Assembly (NCBI GenBank): GCA_049511215.1
Contig: JBEKYG010000001.1
Location: 1-41,200, forward strand
DNA length: 41,200 bases
DNA from: Acidobacteriota bacterium
Lineage (GTDB): Bacteria > Acidobacteriota > UBA6911
Direction: 5' to 3'
A program made the position numbers and the translations under genes. The notes below the pieces were generated by a model. It did no database searches. It saw only the letters and a program-made list of their open reading frames with translations, and had not been told where the DNA came from. Of the stretch, positions 8,009 through 17,741 are shown one piece after another; position 1 is the first letter of the stretch, and each line of letters opens with the position of its first letter.

Positions 8009-10303
8009 ATGACCATGAAGATGCATTGGTGTTTTGTTCTCTGCCTGGCACTGACCGTACCTGCGGGCGCGCAGACCATCACCCGGCAGAATCTGGCTCA
8101 AATCCTCGGTTTCGAGAACGGGACGCCTGGCACTTTTCCGGCGGGGTGGGGCGGCAGCACGGATGGCACGATCGTCACTGACGGCCAGGTTGCTCACAGC
8201 GGGAAGTACTCCGCTCGAATTGAGCGCAACGCCTCCAGTTCCGGGACCTTCTCCTTTCTCCAGGTCTGGATTCCCATCGATTTCTCAGGCCAAACGATTC
8301 AATGGAGAGGGTGGGTTAAGACCAATAACGTCAGTGGCTATGCGGCCATCTATTTCGGCGAATATGATGATAACTATAGCAATTTCGGGTTCGCTACCAC
8401 GCAGGGGTTGAGGGTACAGGGAACCAGGGATTGGACGGAGTACTCCATCACGCTGCCCGTTTATGGCCAAGCCACACAATTACAGATGGGCTTTCTTCTT
8501 GGCGGAACGGGCATGGCGTGGGCCGACGATCTGCAACTGCTGGTTGATGGTCGGGCGGTTGGGGACCACGAGTTTGATGGCGGTTCCGGCATCACAATCA
8601 CCAGCCTCTCGGATATCCAGATCCAGAACCTGGCGAAGCTGGCAAAAGTATGGGGATTTCTCAAGTACCACCACCCCGCGGTCACAAGCGGGCAGCACCA
8701 GTGGGACTATGACCTGTTTCGCGTTCTTCCCGCGGTGCTCGCCGCGGCCGATGGCCCGACCGCAAACCAGGCCATTGCCGACTGGATCACCGCCCGCCTC
8801 GGCACCGTCACCCCATGCACCGTCTGCGCTACGCTCGACACGAGCGACTTGTACATGGACACGAATCTTGACTGGCTCTCCGACGGGTCGCTTCTCGGCT
8901 CCAGCTTAAGCCAGACTCTGCAATCGATCTATGTCAACCGGACTCCGGCGGCCAGGACCTTTTTTGTTTCGATGTATCCGGGTGCAGGCAGTCCGCTGTT
9001 TCAAAACGAGTCCTACTATGCAGGCATCAGCCTGCCGGATTCGGGTTATCAGTTGCTCGGCCTCTTTCGCGCCTGGAACATGGTTCAATATTTCTATCCG
9101 AATCGCGATGTGATGGCGGACGATCCGGCCAGTTCACCGAACTACTGGGACGACGTTCTGCAACAATCGATTCCGGGCATCGCATTGGCGCAAAGCAGCC
9201 TGGAGTATCAACAGGCGCTGCTGCAGTTCACCGCCATGATTAACGATACGCACTCCGGCATTTCGAACTTTACTGGCGCGCGCCCGCCGATTGAACCTTG
9301 CCAACTGCCCGTGCAGGTCCGTTTCGTGCAAGGCAGCCCGCTGGTGGTGGGCTATCTCTCGACGGACGGTGCCAGCTCCGGCCTGCAAATTGGAGACGTG
9401 ATCGAGCAGTTGGATGGTACCGCTATGGCTGACCTGGTCACGCAATGGACGCCGTACTATACGGACTCCAATGAGGCCGCGCGCCTGAGGGATATTGGAA
9501 GAGCCATGACGCAGGGAGCTTGCGGTCCGGCCTCCGTGTCAGTATGGCGCGGACGCAAACGACTTCGCCTGACAGCCGACCGGGTGCTGAGCAGTACGCT
9601 CAACCTCAGTTCTAACCGGGAGCACGACCTGCCCGGGAGCACTTTCCAGATGCTCTCGGACGACATCGCCTACCTCAAATTGAGTTCCGTGCAGGCGGCG
9701 CAATCGGCCAATTACATTGAGTCGGCGGCAGGAACCAAGGGACTGATCATCGACATCCGCAACTATCCATCGGAATTCGTCGTGTTTACCTTGGGCGATC
9801 TCCTGGTCTCTGAGCCGGTGAATTTCGTGCAGCTTACCTATGGTGACGTGACCAATCCGGGGGCATTCCATTGGTTGTCGCCGCCAGTGGGGCTGACGCC
9901 GGCACAGCCGCACTACGCGGGCAAGGTGGTGATTCTGGTGGACGAGATTACACAGAGCCAGGCCGAATACACGACGATGGCGTTTCGAACGGCGCCCGGG
10001 GCGATCGTCGTCGGGAGCACAACGGCAGGCGCCGACGGAAATGTCGCGACGGTCCCGCTGCCTGGGGGCTTCTGGTTCTATTTCAGCGGCATTGGGGTCT
10101 TCTATCCCGACCATCGTCCGACCCAACGCGTGGGGATCGTTCCGGATATCGTAGTGACGCCGACCATTGAAGGGATTCGAGCGGGACAAGACGAGGTGCT
10201 CAACGAGGCGGTTCGCCTGATTGAGGGGAAAATACCGAGAAAACCGATTGTCACTCCGGCACAGCCAGCCGCTGCTCGCCCTGTTCGGCGTCAACTGCAT
10301 TGA
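8009..10303 (+). CDS. Secreted S41-family peptidase (tail-specific-protease-like) with an N-terminal carbohydrate-binding-like module and a PDZ-like segment
   Basis: 764 aa with signal peptide MKMHWCFVLCLALTVPAGAQ. PDZ-like GLQIGDVIEQLDG. S41 blocks GLIIDIRNYP, VVILVDEITQSQAEYTTMAF, VGSTTAGADGNV and GIVPDIVV. Confidence 0.8.
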   Translation: MTMKMHWCFVLCLALTVPAGAQTITRQNLAQILGFENGTPGTFPAGWGGSTDGTIVTDGQVAHSGKYSARIERNASSSGTFSFLQVWIPIDFSGQTIQWRGWVKTNNVSGYAAIYFGEYDDNYSNFGFATTQGLRVQGTRDWTEYSITLPVYGQATQLQMGFLLGGTGMAWADDLQLLVDGRAVGDHEFDGGSGITITSLSDIQIQNLAKLAKVWGFLKYHHPAVTSGQHQWDYDLFRVLPAVLAAADGPTANQAIADWITARLGTVTPCTVCATLDTSDLYMDTNLDWLSDGSLLGSSLSQTLQSIYVNRTPAARTFFVSMYPGAGSPLFQNESYYAGISLPDSGYQLLGLFRAWNMVQYFYPNRDVMADDPASSPNYWDDVLQQSIPGIALAQSSLEYQQALLQFTAMINDTHSGISNFTGARPPIEPCQLPVQVRFVQGSPLVVGYLSTDGASSGLQIGDVIEQLDGTAMADLVTQWTPYYTDSNEAARLRDIGRAMTQGACGPASVSVWRGRKRLRLTADRVLSSTLNLSSNREHDLPGSTFQMLSDDIAYLKLSSVQAAQSANYIESAAGTKGLIIDIRNYPSEFVVFTLGDLLVSEPVNFVQLTYGDVTNPGAFHWLSPPVGLTPAQPHYAGKVVILVDEITQSQAEYTTMAFRTAPGAIVVGSTTAGADGNVATVPLPGGFWFYFSGIGVFYPDHRPTQRVGIVPDIVVTPTIEGIRAGQDEVLNEAVRLIEGKIPRKPIVTPAQPAAARPVRRQLH

Positions 10304-10307
10304 CCGA

Positions 10308-10754
10308 CGCAGAGCGATCGGCGAGGCCCATCGGCTTTACACTCGAGGCATCGACTTCAGGGTGGGGAAGCGCGGCTACCTGTTCCAGGGACGCCCCTTT
10401 TCCTGCCCCCTGGATGAGGACCATTATTTCGCGGCACTCCGTTATGTTGAGCGCAATCCTAATCGAGCAGGAATGGCAACGCAGCCATGGGATTATTTGT
10501 GGTCTGGAGCGCGATTCCACGTGGGGCTCGTGGGAACCGATCTATTGATCGACGTCGATGTCTTGGAGCACTGGCGCATCGACCCGGAGCAATGGCGACA
10601 GTTGTTGCAGACGGATCCGCACGAAATGCTGACTCTAAGGAAGAAAACCAGGACCGGTAGGCCATGTGGAAGCAGAGCATTCGTCGATCGGCTCCAGGAG
10701 ATTAGCGGAAGGGCTCTCCATCCCCAGCGCCCTGGACCATGCCCACGGGCTTGA
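10308..10754 (+). pseudogene. 3' portion of the Y1 transposase gene (copy 1)
   Basis: Reads ..RRAIGEAHRLYTRGIDFRVGKRGYLFQGRPFSCPLDEDHYFAALRYVERNPNRAGM.., collinear with the copy-2 C-terminal frame. It lacks the HUH-containing N-terminal third. Confidence 0.75.
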
Positions 10755-10882
10755 TGTTCGGGGATACTCGCCTCCCCACTTCAAAGAATCCCGACGGGCA
10801 GTTCGATACTACTGTCTCAGCGGATTCTGTGGCCGACCCCGCAATCCAAGATGAGTATTATGTCCCCGGATTTCCGCGACTC

Positions 10883-10912
10883 AAAAAAAACGGGGAGCCG
10901 GAAAGCTCCCCG
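10883..10912 (-). terminator. Rho-independent terminator of the TonB-dependent receptor gene
   Basis: The minus strand reads CGGGGAGC-TTTCCG-GCTCCCCG followed by TTTTTTTT, starting 27 nt after the stop at 10939. Confidence 0.8.
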
Positions 10913-10938
10913 TTTGGTGCTCTGGAAAGCGGAGTTGG

Positions 10939-13900
10939 TTAGAAGGTGATTCTCGCGGTGAGCTGGACCACGCGCACCGAAGAATCGAAGCCCAGGAACG
11001 AACCATAAGGGCTGACCGGTGCGTTCACCGTCCCTCCAATCAAACCGAACGTCGAGTCCCCAAGCCCATTGTCCGGGAGACTGAAATTCGGGTGGTTGAA
11101 CACGTTGAATGCCTGGACCCCGATTCCAAGGTTCATGCCTTCCCGGAAGGGGAGCTTGAAGTTGCGATGCAGGTTCATATCCACGTTAAAGTAATGCGGC
11201 CCGCGGAACTGGTTGCGCGTCTGCGGCGACCAGGCCGTGAAGTTGTTGAAGCTGGCGGCGCCGCTGTTCAGGAACACGTTCGGATTCAGGCAGGGCGTTC
11301 CCGTGCCGTCAAGGTTCTGAATATTGCCACTGCCACAAGAGGTTTGAGCCGCGCCCCCGCCTATCGGCGTAGCCAGAATCACTCCGCCGCCGTTGCCGAG
11401 CCCGCCGTTCCAGTTCCCATCCTCAATCGAGAAAGGCAGGCCGCTGCGCCAGTACCACTTGCCCGACCAACTCCATCCGTTCAGAAGCTGCCGGAGGAAC
11501 GGGTTGCTCATCTGGGGCGTCGGGGTCACGACCCAGTCGGCATTGAAGTTGTGCCGGATGTCGTAATCCGAGTTGCCGTAGTTGTTGGCACGAAGGCTGG
11601 TGGGGTTGATCTGCGAGAGCGTCTGGGAGTCGCCATAGGTGAACACACCACCGTTGGAGGCCTCGTCCAGGTTGTGCGACCAAGTGTAGTTCAAGTGAGT
11701 CGAGAACCAACGCGAGAAGCGTTTCGTCAGGGTCACAGTCATCCCGTTGTAATCCGAGATCGCACCGAACTGGACCAGGCTCACCTGCCCATAGTTCGGC
11801 ACGGGGGCACTCGCCGGGATGCCCTTGACGCCGGGGTATATGCCATATAAGTCGAAGGCATTCGCCCAGGAATTGGTATAGGGCAGGTGGATGCCGTGAT
11901 TGCCAACGTAGTTGACAGTCAGCGCCATCGAGTTGCTCAACTGCCGCTGCACTTGCAGGTTCCACTCTTGCCATCGCGGAGAGGCGATGTTGCCCTGGAG
12001 CGACGTGAATGCGGGAGCTGCGAACACGGCCCCCAGCACCTTCAAACTTGCCGAGATCTGGCTATACGTCTGACTCAGGCTGAAGGAATTCGCGGAAGCC
12101 TGCCAGATCGCAGCTCCGCCATTCGGGCCCGGATCGAAAGGCAACACGCCCGCCGACGGGCGGACACGAATGGCAACCGACGAGGGGGGATTCGCGAGCA
12201 AATCATCCACGAGCCCGGCGGCGGGGTTGTCATAGAATAGGCCGAAGCCGCCTCCGACCACCCACTTATTGCTCTTCCCCGGAGACCAGTTAAAGCCAAA
12301 GCGCGGCGCGTAGTCGAGCCCGTCCGTGCTCGGGTAGGCCTGGTGCAGGCCGGTGGCGATATCGGAGCTATAGGGCACGTTGCCGGGCGCTGCGCTGGTT
12401 ACGCTCGGCAGACCCTGCCAGGGGCCGTTGAAGTCCGCGAAACAATTGAATTGGCACACCGGGTTCGAATTGTGCTCAACGCGCAGGGTCAGGGTGAGCT
12501 TCAGGTTCGAGCGGACGTTCCACTCATCCTGCGCATAAACCCCCATGCCCCACATCGCTATCGGCACGTCGCTCGCCGCGTTCAGCGTCTTTCGGTACTG
12601 GTAGGCGAGGCCGTTGGCGAAATTTTGCAAGCCAGCGGTGACGTAGCCAAAGTAGACGCCAGGATAGTTGAAGAAGAAATTTTGATCGCTCACGTCGTAG
12701 CGGCGGAAATTTTCACCAAACTTCATGTTGTGCTTTCCGCGGATCAGCGCGAAGTCGTCGATGAACTGATACTGCGTGATATCGCGTCCCTGCGGAAAAT
12801 CGTACTGCGCGCCAAAGCTGGTAAAGGGAACCGCGCCCGAAGTGACGATGCCGACGGGGAACGTGTTGCTGGCCAGCGGCTCACTCTGCGAAAAGATGGC
12901 CACGTAATGGCTCGCCGACCCTTTAAATTCATTGGTCATCGACGGTCCGAAGATGTGCGTCTCGGTTAACTGATTGTCGTACTCGGGCTGGTTCGAGAGC
13001 GCATTGAAGTTCGGGTTGATGAGAGAGATTGTCGTCGGCTGCAGGCCGTGATCGAGCTTGTAGCGATAAAAAACAACGTCCTTATCGCCGATCTTCTGGT
13101 CCACGCGGCCGGCCAGGATCCACTCGGATCCCAGGGCGCCCGCGCTCGTGTCGAACCTCGCTGCGCAGTTCTGCGTGTTGGGGTTAAAGCCCGACAAAAC
13201 GATGGAGTTGCAGTAGCTGCTGTTGGCGATCGGAACCGCACTGGCGGCGTTCGGCGCACCCGACCATATCCCGAACATCTTCTGATAGAGCGAAGCCTCC
13301 GCAGGCTGTTTGGCCTGGACGTTGGCCAGAACCGCATTGGCGAACGCCGTGGTCGGAATGGTCACCGCACCTTCGACCGGTAAAACGAAGCGGAGGCCTT
13401 AGAAATCCACAAAGAAGAACGTCTTGTCCTTGCGGATGGGGCCGCCAAACGAAGTCGCCCACTGGTTCGCATTGGAAAATGGCTGCGGAGTGCCAGACTG
13501 ATTCAAGAAAAAGTCGTTCGAGTTCATCGCCCGGCCGTTCCACCAATACTCCGCATTGCCGTGGTACTGGTTGGTTCCGGACTTCGTCGCGTAAACGACC
13601 TGCGCGCCCGAAAGTTGCCCGTATTGGCCCGCGTAGGGATTGGCAACGACGGTGGTTTCCTGCATCTCGTTCTGGCCGATGCCGAGGTTGCTGGCGCCCG
13701 AATTGTTGATATTGAAGTACGGGTCCATGAAGTTCTCGCCGTTGATCGTGAACAGGTTCGAGGTCGCCGGCAGGCCATTCAGCGTGAAGTTGCCATAGCC
13801 GCCCGTGTTGTTGACCACGACGCCAGGCACGCTGAAAGCGATGGTAGTGATGTCGCCCCCCGCCGCCGGGAGATTCTGCACCTCCTGCGGCGAGAAGGTC

Positions 13901-14322
13901 GTGTTGATGCTGGACTCCGTATTCAGCAGAGGCGCGACCCCCGAAACCACAACCGTCTCGTTTGTCGCGCCAACTTCCAGGGTCAGATTAGCGGTCACAA
14001 TCTGCCCGACCGCCACCTCGACCGGACGCTCCGCCTTCCGAAATCCGGTGTACTCCACGGTTACCGTGTAGTGGCCCGGCTTCAGTAGCCGGAAGCGGTA
14101 TTCGCCGGCCGCGCCGGTCGCCGCGTTCTGAACTGCGCCCGTGTCCAGATTCTTCAAGGCGACGCTTGCATTTGGGATGACGGCGCCGCTGGAGTCGGTG
14201 ACTGTCCCGGCGATGTCGCCAGTCAGCAGCGATTGCGCGAAGGCCGGCTGTGCCACCGAGAGCGCCAGCCCGAGGGTCGCCGCGGTAAAGACTAGAAAAA
14301 GCTTACTGATATGGCCTTGCAT
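10939..14322 (-). pseudogene. TonB-dependent receptor (CarboxypepD_reg N-terminus + plug + beta-barrel) interrupted by one in-frame TAA
   Basis: ORFs 13399-14457 and 10939-13365 are in the same frame. The junction reads KTFFFVDF*GLRFVLP, where the intact paralog has FFFVAYEGL. Start MQGHISKLF at 14322 follows AGGAAAGGAG. The C-terminus ends ..VQLTARITF. Confidence 0.85.
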
Positions 14323-14550
14323 CGAAATCTCCTTTCCTGGTCCAAGATATAAGACGTTTACCAGCCACAGAGGGGGTCGTTGTGCGCGGCGCATTCGTTG
14401 CCCATTGCGCACTGTGATGGTCGCGCTTGGAACTACCGCACCGCTCTGATCTTTCACGGTGCCGCCGACTCAGCCGGTCTCCTGCTGCGCCACCAAACTG
14501 CCGGGCAGCAGTAACACCACGGCCAGTGCCACCAAACCACGGTGCGTCAT
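14323..14550 (-). pseudogene. Degenerate N-terminal remnant of another TonB-dependent receptor
   Basis: The minus strand from ATG 14550 reads MTHRGLVALAVVLLLPGSLVAQQETG*VGGTVKDQSGAVVPSATITVRNG.. This is a signal peptide plus the start of a CarboxypepD_reg domain, with an in-frame TGA at 14470-14472. The similarity then decays. Confidence 0.4.
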
Positions 14551-14961
14551 TAAGGCTATCCTTTTAGCCAAATCCATTTGGATGTCCTCCTTATTAGGAT
14601 TCGTTAAACAGTCATTTCGAGGATTGAATCGAATCCGCGCAGGGTTCGATCGGAAAACCCTGCAAAAACGTTTTTCCCCCCATTTACGCCTCTAATTAAG
14701 GCAAGAACAAGACCAGTAACAAGAAAGGGATGAAGATTTGTCTCATAAACCTTTTCTTTTTAAGAGAATACAGGGTATTCTACACTATAGGCGTTGCGCG
14801 GGAATCGGTCGTGCTCTTCTGTTATTCATATTTCTAGATTAGATTTCCAACTATTTGGATTCCCGGGATTCCTTTACTGCAATCTGCGATTCAGACACTG
14901 CAAAAGAAGTAGAGGCCACGAATAACACAAGCCAGCATAGCCGCAACCAAAATCTACTTAA

Positions 14962-15020
14962 GGGACTCAGAGGTTCTAAGAAATCAATTTAGATTCTTTG
15001 AGTCTTAGGGCCTTTGAGTC
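14962..15020. repeat. Imperfect composite hairpin (GACTCA[GA]AGG / TCTAAGA units)
   Basis: The arm gggactcagaggttctaagaaatc pairs with gattctttgagtcttagggcctttgagtc; one arm carries an extra tandem unit. Confidence 0.4.
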
Positions 15021-15178
15021 TTTGAGGCAAAAATCCTTGCCAACTGAGCAAAGATTGGCAAGTAAATAGTACGAATAACTCAAGAGGGCTATTCAATTTA
15101 CTCCACAAGCCCCTATATATTGTGGTTATGCTTTTTACGACCTCGCACAATTTTGGCAAGAAAAGCTGAACCGCAAAG

Positions 15179-15237
15179 ACCACAAAGACCTCGAAGAAAA
15201 AATATCCTGGAGATTATATCTTCGAGGTCTTTGTGGT
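15179..15237. repeat. Perfect 19-bp stem hairpin built from tandem CAAAGAC-like units
   Basis: accacaaagacctcgaaga (15179-15197) and tcttcgaggtctttgtggt (15219-15237) are exact reverse complements with a 21-nt loop. It is preceded by one more unit, ccgcaaagac. Confidence 0.75.
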
Positions 15238-15423
15238 TCATAGTCCTCCATACCCCGAATCACTAGTAGAACCGGTTTCTGCTATCACTGCGCGGGCACT
15301 CTTATCGTATACTCATCAGCCGGATCTGTTTTAGGCCGGCTCGATCGTGTGGTTATGAATTCGCAACACATCCTGGCGGCCTCATCCAGATGAAGAAACT
15401 TCCGGATGCCCTTGGCCCCCGAC

Positions 15424-15520
15424 CATCGGGATCGGAATCGGGATCGCAGTCGCTATTGGTTCTTAACCGCGAACCACCACCGTTGTCGGTTTCAAGAGCC
15501 GATAGCGATGCCGATTCCGA
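15424..15520. repeat. GATCGG-type hairpin element, copy A
   Basis: The left arm catcgggatcggaatcgggatcgcagtcgctattgg pairs with the right arm ccgatagcgatgccgattccga. The left arm is nearly identical to the reverse complement of 17705-17740. Confidence 0.6.
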
Positions 15521-16251
15521 AAATGCTTGCGGCCCTCGCCGCTGCCTTGCATAGTTGCTAGAGTCGTTGGACACATCGTTTTGAAGACACACAAATTCAC
15601 AAGCTCGCTTCGCGGAGAGACAGCATGAGAGTACTTCTTCTGACCGGACCTGGCGGTGATGCTCAAGGATGGGATGACCTGGCTGTAACGAAATGTGTCG
15701 GCGAGGTTGCGGAGGCCTCGGGACACGCTGCCCGTATCGCCGATGTCGAAGCCGAGGCTGATTTTTTCGGGTTGCGGGGTGTCGCGGCAGCCGGCCCGAA
15801 GTTGACATAAGACCCGCATATCAGAAGCTGCCTGCCTTCGGAAGGGAGGTAGCATCGGGCCGATTTTGCAGCTTATTTCACCTACCGCTGCCGGTGGCCG
15901 CAACCAAGTATGGCGGAGATTGTGACGCCGGGCGCTTTCAGCTTTCAGCTTCCTCCGAAATTTCTTTGCAAAATGCAAAGAAGTCACATATAGAGAATCT
16001 ATCCGTCACCGTGCGGCATTCAAGGCGGCAGTTTGACGACGAGGAGCTGAACGAAGGCTGACGATTATCGTTCCCACGAATGATCATGCCCAGGTGATTT
16101 GGGCGCAACCGCGAAACCGGATAAAGCCCCCCTTTCGGCATCACCGGTGAGGTATTGTCCGAGTACGCCACGATTCGTTCAGAATCCTAGGACATCGCTT
16201 GGGCCTGCTCTGATGGCAAGTCCATTGTCCCCATGGCGGGAGAAGCGTAAG

Positions 16252-17514
16252 ATGCACAAGTTAGAGATCCAAATTCCAGCTCAATCCGATGGAGAAGTAT
16301 CATCTGCAACTTCTCGGCAGGCCATTGGAGGCCACTTGAAGAGCACTCTTCTGTATTGTGCATTTATCCTGACGGCGTTCGCCGCCGCCGGGTCAGTGGT
16401 TTTTCATGCAAATGCTCTGGCGACGCTGACCAGTCAGTCTCAGGGGAAATCGTTCAATGCCGGCGGCCTGCGTTCGTTTGAAATTGTTCCGTTGGAGACC
16501 GTTTCGGAAACATCCGCCAACGCCAGCATTGGCGACCTCAATGGCGATGGGAACCTCGATATTGTGTTGGCCAAGGGCCGTCATTGGGAGGTGCCCAGCC
16601 GGATTTTTTTCGGTGACGGCAAAGGAAACTTCACGCCGGGGCCACCTCTTCCGAGTAAAGCCACCAAGACCTACTCGGCGTCCTTGGTCGATATGACCAA
16701 GAGCGGCCATCTGGATATGGTTCTGAGCAATGATGAGCCGGAACCGAAGTTGGTCCTACTCAACGATGGCAAAGGTAATTACACCATTGGCGGGACTTAT
16801 GGCGACCCAAAGTGGTCAACCAGAAACGCAGCCGTTGGGGACTTGAACGGTGACGGCTATCCGGATATCGCTGTCGCGAATCGCGGCATGACGAGCTATG
16901 TCTGCTTCAATGATGGCAAACTCCATTTCCATTGCCGTCCGCTGCCGGACTCGCCGAGCTCGGCGACGGTGGCCATTGCCGATATTGACGGCGATGGCGC
17001 GAACGATGTGATTTATGCCTGCCGGGATGAATGCCAAAGCGCTGTCTATTTCAACGACGGCAAGGGAAACTTCACTCGCAAAGAGCCCTGGGGACCGCCG
17101 AAATCATCCACACGCGCGATGGCGGTCGCCGACTTTGACGGTGATGGCCATCTGGACATCGCCGCGTGCCACGAGAAGCTGGGCTGCTTTGTGTACCTCA
17201 ATGACGGCAAAGGCCACTTTGGCAGGGGTATTCAATTCCAGACGCCCGAGGCGTTGCCCTATTCCATGACCGCCGCGGATCTGAATCGCGACGGTCGGCC
17301 TGAGATTATTGTCGGCTATGTCAAAGCTCCGGGAGTAATCTATTTCAACGACGGCACGGGGAAAAAGTATCAGCCAGAGCCATTCGGCGACGGCAAGGGA
17401 GCGATCTATGGCATGGCGGCAGCCGATCTGGATGGCGACGGATGGCCCGATGTCGTCGTGGCGCGATCCGACGCGCCCTGCTTTGTGATGTTTAACCGCC
17501 CACCCAAGAAATGA
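16252..17514 (+). CDS. FG-GAP/VCBS-repeat beta-propeller protein, membrane-anchored or secreted
   Basis: Seven Dx[DN]xDGxxD-type blades: GDLNGDGNLDIV, VDMTKSGHLDMV, GDLNGDGYPDIA, ADIDGDGANDVI, ADFDGDGHLDIA, ADLNRDGRPEII and ADLDGDGWPDVV. N-terminal hydrophobic helix TLLYCAFILTAFAAAGSVVF. The start is uncertain (16252, 16213 or 16099). Confidence 0.8.
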   Translation: MHKLEIQIPAQSDGEVSSATSRQAIGGHLKSTLLYCAFILTAFAAAGSVVFHANALATLTSQSQGKSFNAGGLRSFEIVPLETVSETSANASIGDLNGDGNLDIVLAKGRHWEVPSRIFFGDGKGNFTPGPPLPSKATKTYSASLVDMTKSGHLDMVLSNDEPEPKLVLLNDGKGNYTIGGTYGDPKWSTRNAAVGDLNGDGYPDIAVANRGMTSYVCFNDGKLHFHCRPLPDSPSSATVAIADIDGDGANDVIYACRDECQSAVYFNDGKGNFTRKEPWGPPKSSTRAMAVADFDGDGHLDIAACHEKLGCFVYLNDGKGHFGRGIQFQTPEALPYSMTAADLNRDGRPEIIVGYVKAPGVIYFNDGTGKKYQPEPFGDGKGAIYGMAAADLDGDGWPDVVVARSDAPCFVMFNRPPKK

Positions 17515-17646
17515 GTGTAAAGTTGGCCTTCCTCAAGCTTGATAGCAGTCTGGGCTAAAGTCTGTTCACTCCATCTCTCCCTAAAGCAATCACTATCGAA
17601 AACTCCTGCTGTGACGCATGAAAAGGTCATGATCCCTCTGGGTGGC

Positions 17647-17740
17647 GATCATCGGTATCGCTATCGCAGTCGCAATCGCAATCGGCTTTTTCAGGCTGGC
17701 AAGACCGATTGCGACTGCGATCCCGATACCGATCCCGATC
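17647..17740. repeat. GATCGG-type hairpin element, copy B, one base from the transposase-element terminus
   Basis: The arm gatcatcggtatcgctatcgcagtcgcaatcgcaatcgg pairs with ccgattgcgactgcgatcccgataccgatcccgatc, giving a stem of about 33 bp with a 6-nt tandem indel. Confidence 0.7.
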
Positions 17741-17741
17741 T

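Larger units (their letters stand above)
7640..10867 (+). mobile_element. Y1/HUH (IS200/RAYT-like) transposase element, copy 1, with the transposase core replaced by a 2.45-kb S41-peptidase segment
   Basis: 19-bp termini ggggacgtaatacttatct (7640-7658) and agatgagtattatgtcccc (10849-10867). Segments 7640-7855 and 10308-10867 align with copy 2 (17742-17957 and 18131-18690). Confidence 0.75.

Noticed and set aside
10221-10754. 177-aa ORF presented as a possible intact gene
   Set aside because: Its first 29 codons are an alternative frame of the S41 peptidase 3' end. From 10308 it is the 3' two-thirds of the Y1 transposase lacking the HUH region. It is therefore a fragment, not a functional gene.
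14600-14665. tRNA-like T-loop strings (aatcgaatcc, gggttcgatcgg)
   Set aside because: No acceptor, D or anticodon stems can be drawn around them, and the loop lengths are wrong for a T-arm.
15353-15987. Overlapping minus-strand ORFs (151 and 174 aa) and a 61-aa plus-strand ORF (15625-15810, MRVLLLTGPGGD..)
   Set aside because: The minus-strand ORFs read through the GATCGG hairpin and are Arg/Pro-rich. The plus-strand ORF has a vaguely nucleotide-binding-like start but is too short and unsupported. At most it is a gene remnant.
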